Source: a virus
IMG/VR virus record: IMGVR_UViG_3300020172_005639
Span: 56,523 to 120,522 of that record
Strand: one strand, 5' to 3'
Length of the DNA: 64,000 nt
Made by a program: the position numbers and the translations under genes
In this document: in pieces, positions 39,163-47,080 of the stretch
Layout: every line of letters starts with the position of its first letter
How positions within the stretch are numbered: the stretch's first letter is position 1
Notes under the pieces: generated by a model
Databases searched by the model: none
What the model was told of the DNA's origin: nothing
What the model saw: only the letters and a program-made list of their open reading frames with translations

Positions 39163-41466
39163 ATGAATTTCAAAGAATACACCTTTGAGCGCAACATGCG
39201 CGATTGGGACGGACTCCAGTTCCTCTTCGAGGCCACCGAGGAGGCGATTGAGCAGCACCAGCCTCAGGATGGCAAGTGGATCGACCTTGATAGTGACTAT
39301 GCTACTTATAGGTTCAACGTGGCGGGCGATCCCTGTGGATCGAAGCAGACTCCATGTTACGTCGTGAACATAAGCGGCAGCGACACAGACGTTTCTACCG
39401 GAGTGTCCATAGCCTTCAGCAGACAGGGCAGCTATGGAGACACGGAGAGAGACGAACCCTACGATGTGCTCCTCGGCGTCCAGAAAGCAATCCACGAGTA
39501 CATAAAGATAAGACGCCCAGCTGCGCTGCGATGGGCTCCTGTCTCCCGCAGCAAGCCTTTCCCTAAAAAGCTCTCCGACTTCAAGGCCGACTTTCCCCCA
39601 TGCCCTCCCGGCGGATGTAAGAGCGCCATTGACAAGTACGAGGAGGCCAAGAGGAAGTGGCAGAACCGACGCGCAAGCATTTATGACAACATGACGAAGG
39701 TTCTCATGTTTCCTGAGAAATACGTTTCGCCGAGCCTTAACTACTGGGTTCGTCGGGACCTTTATGACAAGTTGCATGCAAAGCATGGCTATCCGGAAGT
39801 CCCGTCTGATCTCACCAAAGAAAGCGGCATTCGGGAAAAGTCCAAATCCGTGGATGATCTACGGAACAAAACTAGGTCCAATAGCAACGAAATCGACCAG
39901 AAGAGAAATGAGCTGGCTTCTGCAGTCAGAGATAACATGGCCGAAGAACGCCGTGAGAAAAGAGCAGAGAAGAGCAGATCAAGACTTGAAGCCTTGAGGC
40001 CCCATCTTGAGGACCCCACAAAGAACCCTGATGGGTTAAAAATAGGCGACAAAGTCCGTCTTCGGGCGACAATCGAAGAGATCGACTCGTTGCCTAGTGA
40101 AAGAAGAGAGTGGTGGATTAACAACAGCGGCTCTATCCGCAGAATACTTCGCGACAACCCGGATTTTGATCCAGTTGGGGTAATTGAGGATATTTCTTTT
40201 ACAAACGGCCGACTAAACACTGACGTCAAATTCAATCAGCCAAACAGCCCGGCAGACGATTATGACTATTATGTCCAGGTTCCAATGTCGGAGCTTACAA
40301 AAAATACCGACCGTCTGAAGTCGGAACGCGAAGAGTCCATCCGCAGACGAGTTGAGCAGCTTTATAGCGATCCCGACAAAAACCCTGAAGGAATCAAGGT
40401 CGGAGATGACGTCTTGTTCGTGCTGGTGGATGGTTCGACCCCGCCTGATCTCCTACGTGGACGGGGGATGAGTCCAGACGGAGTCTTTGGAACGGTGCGG
40501 AGAATCCGTCCCGTTTCCAACAAACTCGTCGCCACGGTGGAGTTCGACGCCGATAAGAGTCTCTCCCTTCATGCGAAGAGGTACGCTGGGTTTTACGACT
40601 CGCTGGACTGGGACCTCAAGGGAACCAGGAGTCTCCAGCTCAAGAAGTTCAGCCCCCAAGCCAAGGAGGAGTACGAGAGGCGCTCTTCCCGGCCTGCTCC
40701 GACTCAAACGCCTGCCCCGCAGACCGAGGCCCCGGCCGCCGCAGCCCCTGCGCGCGCCCCCCAAGAAGCCGGGAGGCCTCCTAGGATTCAAAGGGTCGCC
40801 CAGCGCGAGCGAGAGCTCAACGACATGATCCAAGCCAACCTCCAGAAGTCGGTCGTGCAGGAATTGATGCGCAATCCACGCAACGCCTACGGGGTGAAAC
40901 CCGGGGACGAGGTTGAGATCATGACACAGGAGGAGGCCGACGCCGCAGGCGTGGGCAACCTCATCGATTACTCCATCAGGCCAATCCTTGGCAGGAAGGG
41001 CCTGGTCATCGACCTTTCCATGAGGAATTTTGACATGAGTATTATGGCCTACATCAAGGTCAAGAGGTCGACGATAGAGCAGAACGTGCCGATTGGGTTG
41101 ATTAAGGCAGAGGAGTCCGAAATGAACCGTGTCCGAAGGGAAAGGGCAGAGCGTAGGTCGCAATACCGAGCTGGACTCATATCGGGCGAATTGACGGGGG
41201 GACGAAACATAGGCGACGTGGTCACGGTTCAGTCGGGGCCTCATGCGGGCAAGCGTGGCAGAATATTCAGCTGGCGTGCGTCAAACAACAACTACTACGC
41301 CAACATAGACTTGATGATGACACCCGAAACCCCCACGGGAGGAAGGATCAGCGTCAATGTGAGGCTTCTTGCTCCCACGACGGAGTCTCGGATCCCGCAA
41401 ATGGAAACTAGCAGTAGAGCTTTTGGCTTCGCCAGCTTTCTGATGTGGCGGCGCTCGTATAATTGA
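39163..41466 (+). CDS. Large putative internal virion protein with four KOW/SH3-like repeats
   Basis: MNFKEYTFE; NPDGLKIGDKV, NPEGIKVGDDV, NAYGVKPGDEV, NIGDVVTVQSGPHAGKRG. Confidence 0.7.
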   Translation: MNFKEYTFERNMRDWDGLQFLFEATEEAIEQHQPQDGKWIDLDSDYATYRFNVAGDPCGSKQTPCYVVNISGSDTDVSTGVSIAFSRQGSYGDTERDEPYDVLLGVQKAIHEYIKIRRPAALRWAPVSRSKPFPKKLSDFKADFPPCPPGGCKSAIDKYEEAKRKWQNRRASIYDNMTKVLMFPEKYVSPSLNYWVRRDLYDKLHAKHGYPEVPSDLTKESGIREKSKSVDDLRNKTRSNSNEIDQKRNELASAVRDNMAEERREKRAEKSRSRLEALRPHLEDPTKNPDGLKIGDKVRLRATIEEIDSLPSERREWWINNSGSIRRILRDNPDFDPVGVIEDISFTNGRLNTDVKFNQPNSPADDYDYYVQVPMSELTKNTDRLKSEREESIRRRVEQLYSDPDKNPEGIKVGDDVLFVLVDGSTPPDLLRGRGMSPDGVFGTVRRIRPVSNKLVATVEFDADKSLSLHAKRYAGFYDSLDWDLKGTRSLQLKKFSPQAKEEYERRSSRPAPTQTPAPQTEAPAAAAPARAPQEAGRPPRIQRVAQRERELNDMIQANLQKSVVQELMRNPRNAYGVKPGDEVEIMTQEEADAAGVGNLIDYSIRPILGRKGLVIDLSMRNFDMSIMAYIKVKRSTIEQNVPIGLIKAEESEMNRVRRERAERRSQYRAGLISGELTGGRNIGDVVTVQSGPHAGKRGRIFSWRASNNNYYANIDLMMTPETPTGGRISVNVRLLAPTTESRIPQMETSSRAFGFASFLMWRRSYN

Positions 41467-41478
41467 CAAGGAGACGCC

Positions 41479-41694
41479 ATGAATGACAAGCACTTAAGGT
41501 TGGTAGCCGCATTTGAGCAGGCTGGGGCATTTCTTAACGTTTTCTCTGTTTTTCTGTTCTCTTACCACAAGGATCTCTGCAACGCAGGTTTCCGCCCCGA
41601 GGAGTCTCTTACGCTCGTGAAAGACATGCAGAGAATCATGTTCGGAAACGCTTTTAAAGAGTTGGGGCCTGACGTCGATAACACGGAAGAGTGA
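41479..41694 (+). CDS. Small hypothetical protein
   Basis: SD AGGAG. Confidence 0.7.
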   Translation: MNDKHLRLVAAFEQAGAFLNVFSVFLFSYHKDLCNAGFRPEESLTLVKDMQRIMFGNAFKELGPDVDNTEE

Positions 41695-42098
41695 TGCCAG
41701 TCAAGCAAGCAATCATCTGGAGGCATGACCTTAACTGCCGTCTTGGCAAAAAGATGGCCCAGGCTGGTCATGCTGCCTGCGCAACGTTCTTCAGGAGCAT
41801 GGAGGGCTTCGTTGATGCCAATGGCAACGCGCACTTCAAGATGACTTCAGCACAGTTCGAGTGGTATCTCGGCAGCCAGAAGAAGATCGTCTTGCGCGTC
41901 GATTCTGAAGCCGACCTACTGCTGCTACACCAGCGGGCCAAGGAGTTGAGGCTCCCCTGTACGCTGATAGTCGATGGTGGGTTGACGGAGTGGGACAAGC
42001 CCACAACCACCTGCCTATCCATCGGCCCTGAAGAGGACAGACTTATAGATGAGCTTTGCGGCGAAAAGGGGCCTTTGGGCAAGCTCAAGCTCCTCTAA
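41691..42098 (+). CDS. pth2: Peptidyl-tRNA hydrolase Pth2
   Basis: KQAIIWRHDL..GKKMAQAGHA, QKKIVL, DGGLTE, TCLSIGP, LKLL. Confidence 0.92.
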   Translation: MMPVKQAIIWRHDLNCRLGKKMAQAGHAACATFFRSMEGFVDANGNAHFKMTSAQFEWYLGSQKKIVLRVDSEADLLLLHQRAKELRLPCTLIVDGGLTEWDKPTTTCLSIGPEEDRLIDELCGEKGPLGKLKLL

Positions 42099-42258
42099 AG
42101 CCTTAAAGAGCTGATCAGGCAGCAGGCCATTATGCCTGCGATGAATCCCAAGAAGAAAATTTCTGCATAGATATACTTTTTCATGGGGCCAATCCTTGCT
42201 GTCTCGTTCGATCCCCCACAATTTTAACTAGAAATCCTACATAGTCATAGGGGGATTC

Positions 42259-42870
42259 ATGCTTGCTCAAAGGAAGGTGCTAGTCCTGAACAAGTCCTGG
42301 CGCGCCATAGGGATCGTTTCCCTTGAGAAAGCCTTGCACAAGGTTTTCGCCTCATACGCAGACGGCACCCCGAAAGCTAGAATCATAGATCCAGTGCATG
42401 ACTTTGCGATGTTCAGCTGGGAAGACTGGTCAAAGATGAGGCCAAATGAGGGCGAGGAAGGAATCCGCACGGTGAATGCAATATTCCGCATTCCAGAGGT
42501 TATCCAGTTTACGCGTTACGACAGGATTCCCCAGAACAAGGTCCACTACAACAGAAGAACCATCTATCGGCGCGATGGCTTCTGCTGCCAGTACTGCGGC
42601 AAAAAGAAGAACTCATCCGAACTCAGCCTCGATCACGTCGTTCCACGCTGCCAAGGCGGGCTGACCAATTGGACTAATATCGTGGTTGCCTGCACCTCAT
42701 GCAACTCCAAGAAGGCGGGGCGAACGCCCGAACAGGCAGGCATGAAGCTGAAACGCCAGCCGTACAAGCCCAAACACAACTTCCTATGCGAGGATGTTCG
42801 TGTAGACTCTTGGCAGGCATTCCTCGGCCAAGCCTATTGGCTGACAGAGCTTGAGAACGACATGGGCTGA
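42259..42870 (+). CDS. HNH endonuclease (McrA-like)
   Basis: VLVLN; RRDGFCCQYCG; LSLDHVVPRCQGG..WTNIVVACTSCNSKK. Confidence 0.92.
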   Translation: MLAQRKVLVLNKSWRAIGIVSLEKALHKVFASYADGTPKARIIDPVHDFAMFSWEDWSKMRPNEGEEGIRTVNAIFRIPEVIQFTRYDRIPQNKVHYNRRTIYRRDGFCCQYCGKKKNSSELSLDHVVPRCQGGLTNWTNIVVACTSCNSKKAGRTPEQAGMKLKRQPYKPKHNFLCEDVRVDSWQAFLGQAYWLTELENDMG

Positions 42871-42873
42871 CGC

Positions 42874-43725
42874 ATGCTCAAGGAAATATTGCACGAGAAC
42901 TTCGGCAAGCTGGCATTTATCTATGCGATAATAGTCGTGGAGTTCGTGCTTTTCGCCTCCGTTCCCTACGTGACGGGGCTTGCGATAGATGAGCTTATCG
43001 CTGGCAGGATGGGAACGCTTTACCTTTACGGCTTCATACTGCTTCTGTCTTTGGTTATCGGCGGGGCAAGGCGCCTATATGACACGAGGGTTTTCGGTAA
43101 GATCTACACCAAGAGGGCTAAGGCGATAATTGATGCGCTGCGCCAGAGCGGGCTCGACCAGAAGAGAATCATATCCAGGTACGGGTTGGTGGGAATCTAC
43201 AGCGACTTCTTTGAGTACCAACTGCCATCCATCATTAACGTGGCAGTCGGAATTGTTGTGTCGGTGGCCATGATCGCCTACCTTCAGCCATGGCTTTGCG
43301 TCTTTGTTATACCAGGGATTGTCTGTCATTTGTACCTCCACTCCCTAACTGCCAGATTGACACAAAAGCGCGAGTATGAACTTCAACACAGCCGTGAGGA
43401 TATGAGCCACGCCTTGGCCGACGGAAAGGAGTGCGGCTCCCTCTTGGACAATCAGATGGTGACTTTGATCAAGAAGTCGGACATAGAATCAGCTGGTTGG
43501 TCGTTTGCAGACCTGATCAGCATAGTGGTTGAGCTGGGCTGCCTGCTTATAGTCACGAAGACTGGTCTCACCCCCGGCGAGATTGCTTCTGTTCTGCTTT
43601 ACCTATCCAACTGCATGGCCAAGTCTCAACTTGCATATGGTTTTTTCCATATGATAAATCTCATTCAGATGACAGATGATCTTTTGCTACCATCAGAGCA
43701 GGGTAAAGAGGACGAACTCAACTGA
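42874..43725 (+). CDS. ABC transporter six-TM domain-like membrane protein (no ATPase)
   Basis: Multiple TM helices; GLAIDELI, RRLYDTRVF, DFFEYQLP. Confidence 0.7.
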   Translation: MLKEILHENFGKLAFIYAIIVVEFVLFASVPYVTGLAIDELIAGRMGTLYLYGFILLLSLVIGGARRLYDTRVFGKIYTKRAKAIIDALRQSGLDQKRIISRYGLVGIYSDFFEYQLPSIINVAVGIVVSVAMIAYLQPWLCVFVIPGIVCHLYLHSLTARLTQKREYELQHSREDMSHALADGKECGSLLDNQMVTLIKKSDIESAGWSFADLISIVVELGCLLIVTKTGLTPGEIASVLLYLSNCMAKSQLAYGFFHMINLIQMTDDLLLPSEQGKEDELN

Positions 43726-44628
43726 CATGTGTTCGTGCGGGAACTGCTCTCCAGATGCGTATTCTGCTTGATTGCTTTGCTTCCACTTGGTCAGTATTCT
43801 TCGTCTGATTCTCTCGTCTATTGAGAATATGCGCTCAACATCCGACGACACGACTTCTTCGCGAACGACGCTGAACCCCTGCTCCTTGAAAAGCCTCCTG
43901 TATGACTCCAGCGGGTTGAGCAGATTGTGCGTGCTTTCGGTCTTGATGCCCATCTTTGCAAGCTCGTCCTCTGAGAAGACTAGATGAACGAAAGCCTTGT
44001 TGGTGCTTTCGTGCGCATGTGCACCGTGTCTGGAAGTCCAAGGGTGGCACTTGATGTAAACTCTGCATGCTTCAGACATTACGGATTTTATCTTTTTCAG
44101 TGAGTCCTCAAGTGTCTGGTCATGGTCCAGCACGTCGTTGAGCATGATGATGTCGAAGGGGCCATGGGACGATGCGTCATCCCACTCGGTGGCGAGGTGC
44201 AGTTTTGAATTAGGGTCGAGGTGCAGCCAGTTTTTGGACTGAAGGTCGTACCCGACTGCTATTTTCGGCCCATAGACGCTCGCCACAAGCGAGGCTGCGC
44301 ATCCGTCGCCGCACCCGTAATCTAGGAAGCTTTTGTTCTCTAGGTCTGCGGCAATGAGTGAGTTCAGTATGAGGGAGGCGCGCTTGAGCCTGTCTTGCTT
44401 TGATTCGCACTTCGCCATGCTGTCGTCCACGGCCAAGGGCCATGAGTCGCTTTTCATTAGGAGCCTTAGCTCCGTGAACTCCTTAAGACTATCCTTCTCG
44501 CTGAGCATCAAGGGCTTGGAGTCTGATTCGTACTTGAGAATTCCATGCAGGTAGCCTGCAATCTCCTCTAGCTGCTCAATGTAGCGTCTTATTTTCTGGT
44601 GTTCCATTGCTGCCGCCTTTGCACTCAC
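43693..44628 (-). CDS. Class I SAM-dependent methyltransferase
   Basis: FLDYGCGDG, FDIIMLNDVLDH, HPWTSRHGAH. Confidence 0.85.
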   Translation of the reverse strand: MSAKAAAMEHQKIRRYIEQLEEIAGYLHGILKYESDSKPLMLSEKDSLKEFTELRLLMKSDSWPLAVDDSMAKCESKQDRLKRASLILNSLIAADLENKSFLDYGCGDGCAASLVASVYGPKIAVGYDLQSKNWLHLDPNSKLHLATEWDDASSHGPFDIIMLNDVLDHDQTLEDSLKKIKSVMSEACRVYIKCHPWTSRHGAHAHESTNKAFVHLVFSEDELAKMGIKTESTHNLLNPLESYRRLFKEQGFSVVREEVVSSDVERIFSIDERIRRRILTKWKQSNQAEYASGEQFPHEHMSVEFVLFTLL

Positions 44629-44638
44629 TTATTGAAGT

Positions 44639-45175
44639 ATGGAACAGTTTGATTTCGGAAAAATGATCGCCCTCGGGGTGGTCATGGACGTTTCCAAGCG
44701 CAAAGAGGGCAAGGAGAGTTTGCACTTTTTGCTGCGTCGCGAGCTGATCAGACTTATACAGAGGGAGCAAGAGTATATCAGAGTTTTTCTGCACGGTTCG
44801 CAGATTGATAGAATCCCAGACACTCCAGGTCATTGCATATCAAGAATCACCGATTCAAGGCCTGATGAGTTCAACGTGGGCTTGGCGCTCAAGCAGACAG
44901 CAAGGCTGATATGCAAGTATCTGGAGGACTGCGATAGGCACGTTATTCTTGTTACAGACAGGTATGGAGGCAGGGGTGGCGACCAGTATGACGTCGCCAG
45001 CAAGGTCAGTGAGTCTATGATGATTGATTGTTGCGTGCACGTCGTTACCGTGGGTCCATACTGCCACGCAAACTTGCACGGTTTTTTAAATTCCGAGAGT
45101 AATTTTTCCCAAGTCAGGGACTCCGCTGGCTTTGGCAGGTACCTAGAGAGGTTTTCATGTCAGACAAAACGTTGA
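44639..45175 (+). CDS. Hypothetical protein (weak vWA-like features)
   Basis: VVMDVS...VILVTD...VHVVTVG. Confidence 0.55.
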   Translation: MEQFDFGKMIALGVVMDVSKRKEGKESLHFLLRRELIRLIQREQEYIRVFLHGSQIDRIPDTPGHCISRITDSRPDEFNVGLALKQTARLICKYLEDCDRHVILVTDRYGGRGGDQYDVASKVSESMMIDCCVHVVTVGPYCHANLHGFLNSESNFSQVRDSAGFGRYLERFSCQTKR

Positions 45176-45939
45176 AAAGCAATTTCCAGACGAACCCGTT
45201 CTACCAAGCCCTCGTGGAGATCATCATCCCTTTCCACAACCAGCACAGCATGGTGGCCAAGTTGTACTCTGATGTCTTCGCTACCGTGAGGACTAACCGC
45301 TTCGTTTTGACTCTAGTCGACGATGCTTCCAAAAACCCACACTTTGTAAACGACATAAAAAACAAGAAGGTGGCCGGCGTCCGCACTTTTCGCAGCGAGC
45401 AGCACAAGGGTTTCGGGGCTGCCGTAAATTTGGCCCTAAAGAACCCGCCGACGCGCAAGGTGCCGTTTGTCTGCGTGCTGCAATCCGATGTGCGCCTCAA
45501 GGACACAACTTGGTTGTTCAACCTCGGCACCTCCTTGATAACCCTCAAGAATGCTGGGGTAAAAATGGTTTCCCCCACAACTAACAATCCTTTGAGTGAT
45601 ATAACCGAGCTCATGGCCGAAGGCCCCTCGGAGTCCCCTGCCAAGGAGTTGGCCACGGGCTACTTGCCTATGTATTCATTCATGGCCCACAGGCAGTTGT
45701 TCGCCGCCGTCGGCCCGCTTAAGGAGAATCCATACGCTGGAGGCGAGGCTGAAGACTACGCAAAAATGATGGCTGAAAAAGGCTACAGACAGGGCTTCTG
45801 CCCGGCTAGTTGGGTGTCGCATGAGGGAAGAGGGACTTTGCGATTGTACGATAACGACAAAAAAGCCCAGCAAATCTTGCGAAAAAACCAAGATGGCATT
45901 CTTGGTCTTGCCGAAAAGGTTGTCGAAGAAAATATATAG
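45157..45939 (+). CDS. Glycosyltransferase family 2
   Basis: IIIPFHN, LVDDAS, GFGAAVN, LQSDV, VSHEG. Confidence 0.82.
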   Translation: MSDKTLKSNFQTNPFYQALVEIIIPFHNQHSMVAKLYSDVFATVRTNRFVLTLVDDASKNPHFVNDIKNKKVAGVRTFRSEQHKGFGAAVNLALKNPPTRKVPFVCVLQSDVRLKDTTWLFNLGTSLITLKNAGVKMVSPTTNNPLSDITELMAEGPSESPAKELATGYLPMYSFMAHRQLFAAVGPLKENPYAGGEAEDYAKMMAEKGYRQGFCPASWVSHEGRGTLRLYDNDKKAQQILRKNQDGILGLAEKVVEENI

Positions 45940-45973
45940 GATAGAACCTATCTCTTACTATGGAGGAACCACC

Positions 45974-46135
45974 ATGGGATTCCGATGCCAGAAAAACGAT
46001 GGCAGTTTTACAACCACCACTTGGAAGTTTTACACTGCCAAGTGCACAAGGATTCAGCAGTCTTTGGGCATTTGCTCCGGCATTAGCGGCGCATGGGTGC
46101 CTGCCATCACCGTCTGCAACCTTCGCCTCTTCTAA
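45974..46135 (+). CDS. Small Cys-containing protein (53 aa)
   Basis: TATATA at 45933, SD GGAGG, followed by a strong hairpin. Confidence 0.6.
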   Translation: MGFRCQKNDGSFTTTTWKFYTAKCTRIQQSLGICSGISGAWVPAITVCNLRLF

Positions 46136-46157
46136 GCGACAGAAAATATTGATATTC

Positions 46158-46192
46158 AAGAGGGGCCTGCGCTTGAACCGCAGGCTCCTCTT
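46158..46192. terminator. Intrinsic terminator-like hairpin
   Basis: AAGAGGGGCCTGCG / CGCAGGCTCCTCTT. Confidence 0.7.
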
Positions 46193-46242
46193 CATTTACA
46201 ATATATTGACATCGAAACAAGGTTGATGTTGGAAGGTCCCAC

Positions 46243-47079
46243 ATGCGTTATCTCAGTCTTTGCTCAGGTATTGAATGCGCCACTGTGGCGTGGCACAGAT
46301 TAGGCTGGACTCCGGTAGCTTTCTCGGAGATAGAGCCTTTTCCTTGTGCGGTCTTGCGACATCACTATCCGAACGTCCCCAATTGGGGGGACATGACCAA
46401 ATGGAGAGAATGGCCAGATGCAGAAATCGACCTCCTCGTCGGCGGGACGCCCTGCCAAAGTTTCTCGGTCGCCGGGCTCCGGAAGGGGCTCGAGGACGCC
46501 CGAGGAGGACTTATGCTTGACTTTGTTAACATCGCTCAACGTTACAAACCTAGATGGGTGCTTTGGGAAAACGTCCCCGGAGTTCTCACAAGCAACGGAG
46601 GAAGGGATTTTGGCACCCTCCTCGGGTCGCTGGCAAACATGGGGTATCAGTACGGATACAGGGTGCTGGACGCTCAGTGGGTCAGAACACAACAGTTTCC
46701 CGGTGCCGTCCCCCAACGAAGACGTCGTGTGTTCGTTGTCGGATATCTTGGAAGTGATAACCGTTCCGCAGAAGTACTATTTAACGGCGAGAGCCTGCGC
46801 AGGGATCCTACGGCGCGCCGCTGCTCGACAAAAAACCTTGCCCCCAATGCTGCACCAGGCGCTGTCGGCTGTGGCAGGCAATCTGGAGGCGGGCCAAGCG
46901 GAGACTGCGGAGGAGTTGGATCAGCAGACCCAGAACCCGATGGAGGACTGAGGTTTGCCTACGCAGTCTCGGGCAACGGCAAAGAGGACAGGGAACCCGA
47001 GGAAATCACGCCAACTCTTAAGGCTAGAATGGGGACAGGGGGGGGCAACGTCCCCCTGACCATGTATCAGCGAAAGTAA
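46243..47079 (+). CDS. C5-cytosine DNA methyltransferase, N-terminal catalytic part (motifs I-VIII)
   Basis: SLCSGIE, SEIE, GDMT, GGTPCQSFS, WENVPG, RVLDAQ, VPQRRRRVF; no motif IX/X before the stop. Confidence 0.93.
   Translation: MRYLSLCSGIECATVAWHRLGWTPVAFSEIEPFPCAVLRHHYPNVPNWGDMTKWREWPDAEIDLLVGGTPCQSFSVAGLRKGLEDARGGLMLDFVNIAQRYKPRWVLWENVPGVLTSNGGRDFGTLLGSLANMGYQYGYRVLDAQWVRTQQFPGAVPQRRRRVFVVGYLGSDNRSAEVLFNGESLRRDPTARRCSTKNLAPNAAPGAVGCGRQSGGGPSGDCGGVGSADPEPDGGLRFAYAVSGNGKEDREPEEITPTLKARMGTGGGNVPLTMYQRK
46418..46951 (+). CDS. Overprinted (+1 frame) methyltransferase beta-subunit-like protein (M.EcoHK31I-beta type)
   Basis: 177-aa ORF fully inside the MTase gene; SLSDILE..VPQKYYLTARACAGILRRA..LP..L..AL block. 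Confidence 0.7.
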   Translation: MQKSTSSSAGRPAKVSRSPGSGRGSRTPEEDLCLTLLTSLNVTNLDGCFGKTSPEFSQATEEGILAPSSGRWQTWGISTDTGCWTLSGSEHNSFPVPSPNEDVVCSLSDILEVITVPQKYYLTARACAGILRRAAARQKTLPPMLHQALSAVAGNLEAGQAETAEELDQQTQNPMED

Positions 47080-47080
47080 A

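Noticed and set aside
42184-42220. GTTCGATC T-loop-like sequence within TGGGG...CCCCA
   Set aside because: Too short for a cloverleaf; no D or anticodon arm
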